Notes: generated by a model from the sequence alone, not told the origin. A stretch of 64,000 nt of DNA from Bdellovibrio sp. (GCA_043747495.1 JAYTPA010000109.1:12099-76098); one strand, 5' to 3'; counted from the first letter of the stretch, positions 48,541-59,439 are shown. Translations and numbers: made by a program.

Positions 48541-50260
48541 GATCTGCGCCTTTTGCTTCTAAGTAGATCTTTAAATCTGAAACTGAAGACTCATTAGACT
48601 GCATATAAAGTATTTCTTTATTTTTATTTTTTTCTGTTAAAAGTGTCACCCAAGTTGTCCAAAACGCGCCTTGTTTCTTAAAATAACTGACTTGCGGGCT
48701 AAATTCAGATTCAGGCTTTGATAATTTTATTTTTGTTTCTAATAGGCTGTTCTGCGCTGCTAAATTAAGCTGATCTGAAACAATCAGCTTTTCAGAAAGT
48801 AAAACTTTTTCATAGTTTTTTAAACTTGAATCAATAAGTATTTGTGTGTTTATTTTTTTAGAATTCTGTGCGAAACTTGATTGTGTGTTCTTGTAAATTT
48901 TTTCAGCCAATACGGGTTCGTTATTTTCTAAACGAACATGTATTTCAATTTCACTTTTTTCGCTAAATGTAAGATCATCTGGCAAAAGGTTAAAAATAGA
49001 AATCAACTGCTGGCCATCGTAAAATGAATTTGCAACAGAATATGACACAGAAAACTGATCTTTGAACTTAACTGGAAAATTGATAAAATCAATGTATAAA
49101 TTTTTGAAAGACTCTTCAAGTTTGAGTTTTTTACTAATAACTAATCCAACAAGTAGTAATTCTTTTTTGAAATCATAGTTTTTAAGTGTGTATTTTTTAA
49201 TTTCATCAATAATATATTGATCATTTTCACGGTTTAGCTTCAGTTCGTTAACAGCATAACCAAATAGAAACCGACCTTTAGGGTTTACTTTATAAAGCTG
49301 TAAAAACAAATCAGCTGAATTTTTGTAAAGTTCTTCATAATTAAATAATATGGCATCATTTTCTTTAGCGACTTCATTTGCTGGATCCACATCTCTGGCC
49401 TTGATAATGGCTTCACGAGATTTTTTTAGATCTTTAAGTAGCATTGCATTGTTAAAATCGACAAGTTCAAGCTGAGCTTTTTGTTCGAGCGATAAATTTG
49501 TTTTCGCTTTGATTCGTAAAACCTGTTCTTTAATTTGAATCAGTCCCGCTTGGTCTAACTTAGGCCATATTGGAATGACTTGGGGTAAGATTTGATTCTG
49601 TTGTTCAGCATTTGTACGACTAAATAAATCAATAAATTTATTTTCTAAACCAAAAAGATAATATTTTCTAAGTTGGCCTAACATGGCCATTTCCTGTTGC
49701 TGTTTACCTTTTTGCTTAAAGTGATAAGTTAAATATCCACCACCAGCTAAAATAATAAAAATGACGACAAGACCAATTTTTATATGATTTGAAGATTGTT
49801 TTAACTCAGTTTGAGTCATCGAATCTGATCTGTGTGCATACTGCTGTGTTAATATAGATTTTGTAACAGGCTCTTTTTGTTTAAACGTAATCTCTTCTGA
49901 AAAATCAATATCCTGCGCTTCTAAAACACTGACATCCGTGAATGCTTTTGGTGGAGTATTTGTTGTTGTGAATTCACTGATATCTTGAGTTTTTGAAGCT
50001 GTGCCAGTGAACGAATGTCGAGTTTGCACAGTGCGCGTGTGATCATCGTTCTTACTTAATCTCAGACGGATTTCTTCAACAATTGATTGCAGCTCGGGGC
50101 TCTCGCGGATATACAACCAACGATGATTCATATCTCTAACTTCATCAATAATTGAAATTTGCTTTTTTTTCAGTAAGTCTTCGATCTGATCAAATGAATA
50201 AGGTCCTAAGATTTTATTATCACTTTTAATAATCCATTTTCTATCCATAGAATTTTGCAT
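48533..50260 (-). CDS. GYF_2-like domain, TM helix, periplasmic TPR-like protein
   Basis: KWIIKSDNKILGPYS N-terminal GYF-like motif, low-complexity linker, one TM (IGLVVIFIILAGGGYL), helical repeats. Confidence 0.65.
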   Translation of the reverse strand: MQNSMDRKWIIKSDNKILGPYSFDQIEDLLKKKQISIIDEVRDMNHRWLYIRESPELQSIVEEIRLRLSKNDDHTRTVQTRHSFTGTASKTQDISEFTTTNTPPKAFTDVSVLEAQDIDFSEEITFKQKEPVTKSILTQQYAHRSDSMTQTELKQSSNHIKIGLVVIFIILAGGGYLTYHFKQKGKQQQEMAMLGQLRKYYLFGLENKFIDLFSRTNAEQQNQILPQVIPIWPKLDQAGLIQIKEQVLRIKAKTNLSLEQKAQLELVDFNNAMLLKDLKKSREAIIKARDVDPANEVAKENDAILFNYEELYKNSADLFLQLYKVNPKGRFLFGYAVNELKLNRENDQYIIDEIKKYTLKNYDFKKELLLVGLVISKKLKLEESFKNLYIDFINFPVKFKDQFSVSYSVANSFYDGQQLISIFNLLPDDLTFSEKSEIEIHVRLENNEPVLAEKIYKNTQSSFAQNSKKINTQILIDSSLKNYEKVLLSEKLIVSDQLNLAAQNSLLETKIKLSKPESEFSPQVSYFKKQGAFWTTWVTLLTEKNKNKEILYMQSNESSVSDLKIYLEAKGADHE

Positions 50261-50272
50261 AAACCCTCATGT

Positions 50273-51652
50273 CTAGAATGGTGAGCTAGTTAATAAGAGC
50301 TTCAGATCATCATTTGTTAAAAATAAACCTGCTCCGCCATAAACTGACTGAGCTCCTCTATTGTCGAGTATGTCATTGTAACCCGCCATAAAATATAATC
50401 CAAAGCGGGTCTTGTATGTTAAACTTGAACGCAATTGTAATTCTTCAAAATCAAAGGCTTCGACTGATGCCATAAAGCGGCGGTTGAAGGGCGAATAATC
50501 GATACCGATCCCTCCTGTGCTTTCAATGATACCACCTTTAAATGTAAAATCGTAAATATTTTTAGCATAAAGCGCTGTAAACTTCGTCTCTGTCTTATAA
50601 GTTTTTGTTTCATCAGTAGATGTGACTGGTCCGCCATTTACACTTGTTGCAGTATTTGTTCGCTCTATAACTCCAGCAGGATCAGTCACGACACCTATAT
50701 AGTAGTATCGATCTAAACCAGGCTGAATAAATATTCCTACAGAAGATTTTGTATCTCCAACTGCATCTAAATAATGCCCGTTAAAATCTACACCAGTAGT
50801 AATTTTTTCTGCAACTCCCACCAATCCACTCAGGCCCTCGATAGCCGTAGTTACATCTTCTGCAGTTTTTTCATCAGAAACTAATTTACCAATAGTTCCT
50901 TCACCTGAATTAATTTTATTTGTGATTTCTTCGATATTTTTTAAAGAACTATCAATACGCGATAACGATCTTTTCCAAGTTTGCTTAAATCCGTCTTCGC
51001 CTTCTTCATTCAACGCTTCATCCAAAGTCGCTGTAATACTATGAACTTGGTCAACGATATCGCCAATTTGTTCTTTATTTTCATCTGTCATATCTGCAAT
51101 ATCATTAGTTAATTTTTCGATATTTTGAACGATTCGACCTAAGATATGTTTATTTGTGCCATCATTTGTAACAGCTTCATTTAAATTTTTAGCCACATCT
51201 TTAAGAGAAGTTGTGATATCAGACACCTGTGACATCACATCATCAATTGAACCACCATTTTTAATATTTAAAATTTGTCCGCCGTCTTCTAAAACTGCGT
51301 CGCTGACAGCACCCAACTGAATTTCAATATATTTATCACCTAAAATACCATTGGCTCTCATTTCAACAACAGCTGATCTGGTTATTTTAACATCCGATTT
51401 GACTGAAATATCGATGCGAGCCTGGCCATCGACTAATTTGATGTCTTGAATGGCACCTACGGGAATTCCCGCAGATCGTATTGCTGAACCTTTGGTTAAG
51501 CCATTAGCGTTGGGTAAATTGAACCATGCTTTTTTTGAGCGCCCTAAAAAGCCTGGATCATCGCTGACTTGCAAAGACATCAATGCAATAATAGCCGCAA
51601 TTGAAACAACAAGCGTACCCACTTTAAATTCGGCTGTGCTGAAAAAACTCAT
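50273..51652 (-). CDS. mlaD: MCE/MlaD family lipid transport protein (long helical form)
   Basis: EFKVG TM anchor, GLTKGSAIRSAGIPVG, GILGDKYIEI, GEGTIGKLV. Confidence 0.9.
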   Translation of the reverse strand: MSFFSTAEFKVGTLVVSIAAIIALMSLQVSDDPGFLGRSKKAWFNLPNANGLTKGSAIRSAGIPVGAIQDIKLVDGQARIDISVKSDVKITRSAVVEMRANGILGDKYIEIQLGAVSDAVLEDGGQILNIKNGGSIDDVMSQVSDITTSLKDVAKNLNEAVTNDGTNKHILGRIVQNIEKLTNDIADMTDENKEQIGDIVDQVHSITATLDEALNEEGEDGFKQTWKRSLSRIDSSLKNIEEITNKINSGEGTIGKLVSDEKTAEDVTTAIEGLSGLVGVAEKITTGVDFNGHYLDAVGDTKSSVGIFIQPGLDRYYYIGVVTDPAGVIERTNTATSVNGGPVTSTDETKTYKTETKFTALYAKNIYDFTFKGGIIESTGGIGIDYSPFNRRFMASVEAFDFEELQLRSSLTYKTRFGLYFMAGYNDILDNRGAQSVYGGAGLFLTNDDLKLLLTSSPF

Positions 51653-52425
51653 TGATGCTTCATTCCTTTAGTTACGAATTTCTTTACAAGTTCAATATCA
51701 GAATTAAAGAAATCCTCTGCTGTGCCTGCTAGTAAAACTTTACCAGCATCTAGCATCACAATAAAGTCTGCGATTCGAAAAGCTGCACTAAGATCGTGTG
51801 AAACCATCACAGAAGTTGTTCCTTTGTGAGCTTTATGAGTACCAACAATTAAATTATCGACCATTTCAGTCAATATTGGATCTAATCCGGTTGTTGGTTC
51901 GTCATAAATCAAAATCTCTGGATCTAAGGCTAGCGCTCTAGCTAAGCCTGTTCTTTTCTGCATACCACCTGAAATTTGACTTGGTAGTTTTTGAAAATGC
52001 TTTTCTTCAAGTCCTACTGTTTTTAATTTTTCAATTGCGATTTGAATCATCTGTTCTTTTTTTAAGTGTCTGCGATGTTCTTCAAGTGGAAAAGTAACAT
52101 TTTCTAAAACTGTCATATCATCAAACAAAGCAGAGCCTTGAAATAAAACACCATAGTTACATCTAAACTGAGTCAATGTGACTTCATCAAGCGTGGACAA
52201 ATCAGTTCCTAAAACTTCAACTTGACCAGATGTCGGTTGAAAAAGACCTAGAATATGTTTTAGCATCACGCTTTTTCCAGTTCCAGAAAAACCGATGATC
52301 GCTGTTAAGCTGCCTTTTGGTATTTTAAGATCTAAGCCTTTAAGAACAAATTCTTTTCCATCAAAACTTTTCTTAAGATCTTTCATTACAATGGCATAAT
52401 CACCTGTGGATTTAGAATTAATCAT
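51649..52425 (-). CDS. mlaF: MlaF/Mkl family ABC ATPase
   Basis: GFSGTGKSV, FQGSALFDDMTV, ISGGMQKR, YDEPTTGLDP. Confidence 0.93.
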   Translation of the reverse strand: MINSKSTGDYAIVMKDLKKSFDGKEFVLKGLDLKIPKGSLTAIIGFSGTGKSVMLKHILGLFQPTSGQVEVLGTDLSTLDEVTLTQFRCNYGVLFQGSALFDDMTVLENVTFPLEEHRRHLKKEQMIQIAIEKLKTVGLEEKHFQKLPSQISGGMQKRTGLARALALDPEILIYDEPTTGLDPILTEMVDNLIVGTHKAHKGTTSVMVSHDLSAAFRIADFIVMLDAGKVLLAGTAEDFFNSDIELVKKFVTKGMKHQ

Positions 52426-53258
52426 TTTGATATACCCACAAAAATGTAATAAATGCGTATCAAATTCATTAAAAAATAATCGACAATAATAATACTAACC
52501 ATGCTCATGACAACACCTTTGTTTGTTGCTTCGCCAACACCTTTGGCGCCACCTTTAGTGTGATAACCTTGGTAAGTACAAATGACCGCAAACATAAAAC
52601 CAAAAATAGCCGATTTAAATAAACCTTCATTAATATGATGAACATCAACAGTTTGTCTGATTTTTTCAAAAAAAATGGCACTATCAAGACCTACAATGTG
52701 AACACATAAAAACCAAGATCCCACCATCGCCATAAAATCAAATAAACCAGTTAGTAGTGGCATACAAATAACTGCAGCTACAATTCGAGGTGCAATTAAA
52801 TACTGTTTTGTATTCACGCCCATCACATCTAAAGCATCTAACTGTTCGTTGACTCGCATTGTTCCTAATCGCGCGGCCATGGCACCACCTGCACGTGCCG
52901 CAACAATCAAACCTGTTAATACTGGCCCTAATTCACGCGTTATCCCAAGCGCAACTGTCGGCCCTACTAAATTGACCGCATTAACTAATTTAAAACCTAA
53001 ATAAATTTGAAATGATAAAGCCAATCCTGTGAAAATACTTGTCAGTGTAATAATCCAGACAGATTGATTACCAATGAATTCCATATGTTTAACTAATTCA
53101 CCGTATCTGTAAGGCTGGGTAAATAATAATCTTAAACTTGAAATAGCGAAAACACTGAATTCACCAACGCTCATGATCATATATTTAATACGATCGATTA
53201 CACCAAAAGTAATATCATCCATAGTTTTTGCAATACGTTCTATCACTACATTAGCCAA
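52422..53258 (-). CDS. mlaE: MlaE family ABC permease
   Basis: RELGPVLTGLIVAAR, GTMRVNEQLDAL, GGAKGVGEAT; start set to TTG 53258 after AAGGAG. Confidence 0.94.
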   Translation of the reverse strand: MANVVIERIAKTMDDITFGVIDRIKYMIMSVGEFSVFAISSLRLLFTQPYRYGELVKHMEFIGNQSVWIITLTSIFTGLALSFQIYLGFKLVNAVNLVGPTVALGITRELGPVLTGLIVAARAGGAMAARLGTMRVNEQLDALDVMGVNTKQYLIAPRIVAAVICMPLLTGLFDFMAMVGSWFLCVHIVGLDSAIFFEKIRQTVDVHHINEGLFKSAIFGFMFAVICTYQGYHTKGGAKGVGEATNKGVVMSMVSIIIVDYFLMNLIRIYYIFVGISK

Positions 53259-54426
53259 TGCTCGCTCCTTTGTAGTGTCTTGGAACTCTTTCACCGACTG
53301 AAGTTAGTATTTCCCAAACAATTGTCTGAGAAGATTCAGCAGTTTTTCTTGCGCTATGAAAATTATTTTTTTGGTCATATCCAAACAAAATAACTTCTTC
53401 CTCGTCATATTTATAAACTTCATGCGGCTTAACTACATCAGTCACATCGAGCATAATAAAATCCATGCAAACTTTACCGATAATTGGCACAATATGCCCA
53501 GCAAACAAAGCCTGCCCTTTGTTTGAAACTATCCGGTGTAGACCATCTGCATAACCGACAGGAACAATAGCAATCCTTGAATCCCTGGTCGCTACCCAGC
53601 TGGCTCCGTAAGAAACAATTTCACCTTTAAAGACTGAGCGTATATTATTGACCACTGATTTAAATGTCATGACAGGTTTTAAATCTAAATCATCGAATTG
53701 TTCACTGGGCGCATAGCCATATAACATCAAACCCGGACGTAAACCCCAGTCATATTGATTCAAAAAATGATGTTTATTGTTTTGAACAGATTCACTAGCC
53801 AAACTAGAAATTCCACCAGAATTTAACAAATGCATTTGAATCGATTGATCATCAAATATTTTATAAACATCTAACATTTGATAACCTTGTTTGGCTGAAT
53901 CACCCGTCGGATTAACTGCATCATCACCATTGAAAAAATGACTGAGCAAACCTTTAAGTCTGAATTTTTTTGTATTTTTGAAAAATTTTTTTAATTTATC
54001 AGCTTCTACAATATCAAAACCTAGTCTGTTCATGCCAGTATTAAACTTAAGATGAACACTTATTGGTTCATCAGCAACTTGCTCTAAATGTTTGATCTGT
54101 TCCCAAGTGCTAATGACAGGAATAAGCCTAGCATCATAAATTTTCTGAGCACCTTGCTTATCGAATCCTCGAAATACTAAAATGTCTGCTTGTATTCCCG
54201 ATTTTCGTAGTATTAAACCCTCTTCAATTAAACACACGCCTAAATGTTTAGCGCCAATCTTCACCAAATGCTGAGCTATACGAACATCACCATGACCGTA
54301 AGCATTGGCTTTAACCATAGGGCAAAGAAATCGATCACCATTAGCTATTTTTTGAATCAAATTAAAATTATGACTTAAATGTTCCAAATTAACTTCTGCA
54401 TAAGTTCGACGAAACATTTCCATCAC
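53251..54426 (-). CDS. alr: Alanine racemase
   Basis: MVKANAYGHG, TGMNRLG, RPGLMLYG, VSYG, GYADG, VCMD. Confidence 0.98.
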   Translation of the reverse strand: MMEMFRRTYAEVNLEHLSHNFNLIQKIANGDRFLCPMVKANAYGHGDVRIAQHLVKIGAKHLGVCLIEEGLILRKSGIQADILVFRGFDKQGAQKIYDARLIPVISTWEQIKHLEQVADEPISVHLKFNTGMNRLGFDIVEADKLKKFFKNTKKFRLKGLLSHFFNGDDAVNPTGDSAKQGYQMLDVYKIFDDQSIQMHLLNSGGISSLASESVQNNKHHFLNQYDWGLRPGLMLYGYAPSEQFDDLDLKPVMTFKSVVNNIRSVFKGEIVSYGASWVATRDSRIAIVPVGYADGLHRIVSNKGQALFAGHIVPIIGKVCMDFIMLDVTDVVKPHEVYKYDEEEVILFGYDQKNNFHSARKTAESSQTIVWEILTSVGERVPRHYKGASIG

Positions 54427-55889
54427 GACACCGTAAATTCGGGTTTGTGATTTGAGTTTGGTTTATAAATACAAATTTTATCCCCGCCTTTTGAAGAAAT
54501 AAAAGATAACGATTTCTGAGCACTTTCATCTAAGTCTGCAACTGTGTGAGATAGAGAAGGATATTCGCTAATACCCTGGCTAACAGTGATTGCTATTCCA
54601 TTTTTAGAATAACTTTCTTTATTTAGTTCTTGCCGTAATCTTTCAGCACGTATAGCAGCGCCCTTACGATTGCAATCAATCAGCACAACTGTGAATTCAT
54701 TTTCATCGGTTCTGCAAAGATAATCAGGAATACGAGATGTTAATTTAATTACGTGTGACACTTTTTTAAGGATTTCATCTGCAAAACTTCGACCGTAGCT
54801 GATTTCCAATTCTGAAAATTTATCAATACCAATTTTAATAATTGATAAGGGTAAATAATCCCGACGGGCCCGTTCGATTTCTCGCTCTAAAAGTCGCTGA
54901 TAAAAAACTTTATTATAAAATCCCGTCAAACTGTCTTCAATGTCTAAATGCTTTGGTTGAGATTCGTAAGCCAACAAAGAATAAACTAATGACATCAATG
55001 AAAAATCTTCAGCAACTTCAGCACTGATATCTTGGGTCGAAATCAACACACCTTCAAGTTCATCTTTAATAATTAACGGCAAACACTTAATGTTATCACT
55101 TTCAAATTTACTTTTTAAATAACTTATAAATGAATCAGGTGTTTCACCTAATATAAGCTGTTGTAAAAAATTCTTTTCTTTCAATGGAACTTTAAAAGAA
55201 AGTCCTTCAATCCAGAATTCAGGAACTTGTGAAAAAGAAACAGCAATAAAAGTTTTTATTGAAGATGCATATTTTAAAAAAATCCAAGATTGAGTCGGCG
55301 TTTGATTATAAAAAGTGTCCAGTAGGTTTTCTTTTGTATCAGCTGACTTGTACTGACTTATTCGAAGCTGGTAAGGCCTAACAGATGTTGACTGTCGTTC
55401 GCTATTTAATGTTTCTGATATGTAATTAAATTTATTCTTTTCAGTTTTATAATTTTCATAAAGCTGTTCATTTTGATATGTTCGATACAAAACTTCGCAT
55501 GTGTTATCAACTGCGAACACAACTTGTGTTTCAACTGCACTTAAGCCAACAGATGCTGTCGAATCGATGACTTGCGTAACTCCATACTTTCGATAATTTT
55601 TTAAAGATTTTAAATTTTCACCAGGAGCTAAAATAATAAATTTAATTTCATCTGAAACAGCCAAACATTTTTCGATATACTCATGAAGCGGCAAAACAAG
55701 TGATGGCAAATCTATTATAATTACATGCGGAATATTGAGAGCTAAATCATTGAGAAGTAAATCAGCATCCGCATAAAGCTGACATTCATATTTATGATCG
55801 TTCAGAGCCAATTTCAAACCAGTGCTCAAATCAATATTCTGACTGAAGACGACTAAACTAAATTCGCTTGAAAAATCTTGTATATTCAT
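54423..55889 (-). CDS. cdgA: Degenerate GGDEF protein with N-terminal receiver-like domain (CdgA-like c-di-GMP receptor)
   Basis: DSLTGFYN; I-site RIPD intact; active site is DENEF instead of GGDEF; SQGIS, KGGDKI; orthology to CdgA is inferred. Confidence 0.6.
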   Translation of the reverse strand: MNIQDFSSEFSLVVFSQNIDLSTGLKLALNDHKYECQLYADADLLLNDLALNIPHVIIIDLPSLVLPLHEYIEKCLAVSDEIKFIILAPGENLKSLKNYRKYGVTQVIDSTASVGLSAVETQVVFAVDNTCEVLYRTYQNEQLYENYKTEKNKFNYISETLNSERQSTSVRPYQLRISQYKSADTKENLLDTFYNQTPTQSWIFLKYASSIKTFIAVSFSQVPEFWIEGLSFKVPLKEKNFLQQLILGETPDSFISYLKSKFESDNIKCLPLIIKDELEGVLISTQDISAEVAEDFSLMSLVYSLLAYESQPKHLDIEDSLTGFYNKVFYQRLLEREIERARRDYLPLSIIKIGIDKFSELEISYGRSFADEILKKVSHVIKLTSRIPDYLCRTDENEFTVVLIDCNRKGAAIRAERLRQELNKESYSKNGIAITVSQGISEYPSLSHTVADLDESAQKSLSFISSKGGDKICIYKPNSNHKPEFTVS

Positions 55890-57616
55890 GATTCCTTAGC
55901 TTTAGGTTGTGGTTTACGAATCTGAGCCTGGAATTGATCTAGTTCGCTACCCTGTCGAAGCGAATGACTTAACACAGGTTCTTCAATGATGTTTATGCGT
56001 TGGTCGATTTTGTATTGAGATGGTTGCATTTCGTTTTTAACGATGTCGTCGTCTAAACTTAATAATTTATCTAAATCCAAATCTGTCTTAAGATCTGCAT
56101 GAGCTGTTGTCAATGTCACCTCATCTTGTATGTACGCATGATTAGTTTTCGTAATATCAGCAATCTGGCCCAGTGGACGTGTAAAAATAAATTGTAAAAC
56201 TGAATCTCCGTTAGCATTTTCACTGTCTTGAATATGGCATGACATTTTTTGAAATAAATTTTTCAAATCATCAGTCATCCATTTTTTCTTGTAAGCTGAT
56301 TGAATTTCTAAAGTTGTAAAATGATCGGCATCATAGGTTCTTACATTCATCACTAGGTGCTTCAAGTGCTGGCTATTGTTAGCCATATCACTTAAAAAAT
56401 AATCGAAAAAATAAACTAAAAATGCTTGATCGACTTGAACAGGTTCTGACGAATTAAAACTTTTTGAAACTGTTATTTGTGCATTTTTTAATAAGCGATC
56501 AACATTAAACAATGACTGTTGAAAACTAGCTTGCACCACATTTGAATTTACAATTGATAATTCATCAGGCCATTTAATGCGCGAAACAACTTGGGCCCCG
56601 CTACTATCAACAGCTTGTGGCGGCGGTGTTTTAGGAAAGTTGGGATTCGTTTTTTCGTCTACTTTTTTAATAACAGCTGAACCAAAAGTTATTTTTTGCT
56701 CCGCTGGTTTTTGTTCTACTGGTCCTTGAAGTTGCTCACTCACTGTTTTCTGAAACAATTGATCGCGATGATTTTTTTCCGCCAAGCGAACTGCTTTATC
56801 TAAGGGCTTAGCAATAAAAACAAGAACACCTGAAATTAGAAAAGTTAATCCTAAAATTAAACCCACAACTGAATAAGGGATGTGAATCATAGCGCTGGAT
56901 TTAATTGGCGAATAACTGAATAAAAATAAATTAGTACCCCTGATTTCTTGTCGCTCAGTAAAAAATTTATCTTTTGAAGCTTTAGCTTCATCAGAAGTAT
57001 GGGAAACATAATTAAACTGGCTGTGAGCCACAACGAGTTGATCATTCGTTAACAAAGTCTGTGTCGTCAACTGGCTACGCTGTAGTTCGAAAAAGTTTTG
57101 CAGAAAACTCACATCACCGATCAGCATGACACCTGTTCTTTGCATGTTTGATCTTAAGTCTTTATCAAAGAAAATAACTGCTGTGTGCTTGTCACCAAAA
57201 GCATCTTGGAAAACTTTGACTTTAGTTAAATCGTCACCACGAATAGGCGCTTTAAAATATCTTTGCACTGACGATGCTGACCATGATTCAGCTTTAGATC
57301 CCACTAATGTATAAACTTGTTCAACTGTGATTTGACCTGATTGGCTTTCTTTGATCAGACCTAAAAAATAAAATGGTTTTAATTGCACCCAGTTGATTTG
57401 TTTTTCATCTATTTTCAGAAAATATGTGCTTACTGTGTTGCGCATCTGGGATATTTGCGCAGAAACTGTTGTTCTTAAACTTGTCAGCTGTGTTTGTTGG
57501 AAACTTTGTTTTTGATTTTGTTTCTCATCACGATAAATATCGTTCAGCTGCCATAAGACAAGTCCTACAATTATAAACACAAAAGCTATGCTGAAATAGA
57601 CATGTTTAGGCTTCAT
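55886..57616 (-). CDS. Membrane sensor-like protein with degenerate kinase-like C-terminal region
   Basis: Two TM helices flanking a Cache-like periplasmic region; cytoplasmic part resembles the HATPase lead-in but has no H, N or G boxes. Confidence 0.5.
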   Translation of the reverse strand: MKPKHVYFSIAFVFIIVGLVLWQLNDIYRDEKQNQKQSFQQTQLTSLRTTVSAQISQMRNTVSTYFLKIDEKQINWVQLKPFYFLGLIKESQSGQITVEQVYTLVGSKAESWSASSVQRYFKAPIRGDDLTKVKVFQDAFGDKHTAVIFFDKDLRSNMQRTGVMLIGDVSFLQNFFELQRSQLTTQTLLTNDQLVVAHSQFNYVSHTSDEAKASKDKFFTERQEIRGTNLFLFSYSPIKSSAMIHIPYSVVGLILGLTFLISGVLVFIAKPLDKAVRLAEKNHRDQLFQKTVSEQLQGPVEQKPAEQKITFGSAVIKKVDEKTNPNFPKTPPPQAVDSSGAQVVSRIKWPDELSIVNSNVVQASFQQSLFNVDRLLKNAQITVSKSFNSSEPVQVDQAFLVYFFDYFLSDMANNSQHLKHLVMNVRTYDADHFTTLEIQSAYKKKWMTDDLKNLFQKMSCHIQDSENANGDSVLQFIFTRPLGQIADITKTNHAYIQDEVTLTTAHADLKTDLDLDKLLSLDDDIVKNEMQPSQYKIDQRINIIEEPVLSHSLRQGSELDQFQAQIRKPQPKAKES

Positions 57617-57756
57617 TATTCTTCGTGCGTCCTTGCTGGAAGATTCATATAGCTATTGTAGTTTTGTTTCCTACTAGTAATCAACTCTGTAAATTGTTTT
57701 TTTTCGACAAAGTCATTTTTTTTGGACAAATATGTTTTTATTAGCTAAGTAGTCTC

Positions 57757-59427
57757 ATGGATCAAAATCAGCAGCCAAATCTTCATCATGAAACTCAAAA
57801 GGAAATGAACACCGAAATTGCGATTATCGGATCTGGCGTAGCCGCTTTAAGTATGGCTTTAAAAATAGCAGATCACAAAAAAACATTTATCATCACAAAA
57901 GACAAAGGCCCTTCAACCAATAGCGCTATGGCACAAGGGGGAATTGCTTCTGTATCTGAGGTCAGTGATTCATTTGACAGCCACATTAAAGATACTTTAG
58001 CTGCTGGCGCTGGTCTTTGCGATATTAACGCTGTGCGAGATATAATCGGACAAGCCCCTGAAAGAATTCAAGATTTAGTCAATTGGGGCGTTGAATTTAA
58101 TACTGAATTGACCCGCGAAGGTGGTCATTCAGAGCGTCGTATTTTTCATTTTGAAGACCAAACTGGTGCAGAAATTCATAAAAAGCTTTGGAAAAAAGTT
58201 TTAAACCACCCCAATATTCAAATTTTTGAAGATCATTTTGCAATTGATCTGATTGTTAATAAACAAGTCGACCCGCAAATCGTTGGCCCAACGCAAGTCA
58301 TCGGCAGTTATGTTTTGGATAAAAAAACGGGCGAAGTTAAAACTTTAACGGCGGATTTAACAATACTTGCCACCGGCGGGGCTGGAAAAGTCTATCTTTA
58401 CACATCGAATTGGGGCGGAGCTACCGGTGACGGCTTAGCAATGGCCTACCGTTGTGGGGCACGAATTGCCAATCTTGAATTTATGCAGTTTCATCCTACG
58501 TGTTTATATCACAAAGATTCACGAAATTTTTTAATCAGTGAAGCTGTGCGCGGCGAAGGCGGCGAATTGATCAATGCCAAAGGTGAAGCTTTTATGAAGA
58601 AGATTCATCCATTGGGGTCGCTAGCTCCGCGGGATATTGTGGCCCGTGGTATCGATGCTGAAATGAAAAAATCAGGAGAGCCCTGCGTATTTTTGGACAT
58701 AACACATAAAAAATCTGATTTTATTAGATCCCATTTTCCGACCATTTATTCAAAATGTTTAGACTATGGCATCGACATGACAGAAAAACCAATTCCCGTG
58801 GTTCCTGCGGCCCATTACTTATGTGGTGGAATACTGACAACACCAACAGGTAAAACAGATATTCAAGGTCTTTATGCAATAGGTGAAATTGCATGTACCG
58901 GTTTACATGGTGCAAATCGATTAGCGTCAAATTCATTATTAGAATGTTTAGCAATGTCGCACAATGCGAGCTTAGAAATTTTAGCTGAGAATTCAAAAAA
59001 TTCTACCATTCATCGAAAATTAAAACCTAAGCCATGGACTAAACCTGATGAAACAAATCAAGATGAAATGGTTGTTATCAATCATATGTGGGATGAAATT
59101 CGAAGATTAATGTGGAACTACGTCGGTATTGTGAGGTCAACAAAACGCCTTGAAAGAGCCCAGCACCGATTGAATAATATTTTACAAGAAGTGAAGGAAT
59201 ATTATTCGAATATGAAAATTCACAGTGATATTATTGAGCTTAGAAATATTGCTCTTGTAGCGCATTTAACTGTCGAATGTGCTTTAAAAAGAAAAGAGTC
59301 TAGAGGCATACATTATTCTTTAGACTACCCTCCTCAAGAGTCTTCATTACCCTTACGTCCAGCTGATTTGGATCTTAAATCCTATAGCAAAGCCGAAGAT
59401 ACTGTTTTGTTGCGTGGTTTGAATTAG
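57757..59427 (+). CDS. nadB: L-aspartate oxidase
   Basis: GSGVAAL, AQGGIA, REGGHS, QFHPT, SEAVRGEG, LAPRDIVAR, GLHGANRLASNSLLEC, ESRGIH. Confidence 0.98.
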   Translation: MDQNQQPNLHHETQKEMNTEIAIIGSGVAALSMALKIADHKKTFIITKDKGPSTNSAMAQGGIASVSEVSDSFDSHIKDTLAAGAGLCDINAVRDIIGQAPERIQDLVNWGVEFNTELTREGGHSERRIFHFEDQTGAEIHKKLWKKVLNHPNIQIFEDHFAIDLIVNKQVDPQIVGPTQVIGSYVLDKKTGEVKTLTADLTILATGGAGKVYLYTSNWGGATGDGLAMAYRCGARIANLEFMQFHPTCLYHKDSRNFLISEAVRGEGGELINAKGEAFMKKIHPLGSLAPRDIVARGIDAEMKKSGEPCVFLDITHKKSDFIRSHFPTIYSKCLDYGIDMTEKPIPVVPAAHYLCGGILTTPTGKTDIQGLYAIGEIACTGLHGANRLASNSLLECLAMSHNASLEILAENSKNSTIHRKLKPKPWTKPDETNQDEMVVINHMWDEIRRLMWNYVGIVRSTKRLERAQHRLNNILQEVKEYYSNMKIHSDIIELRNIALVAHLTVECALKRKESRGIHYSLDYPPQESSLPLRPADLDLKSYSKAEDTVLLRGLN

Positions 59428-59439
59428 TTCGTTAACCTT

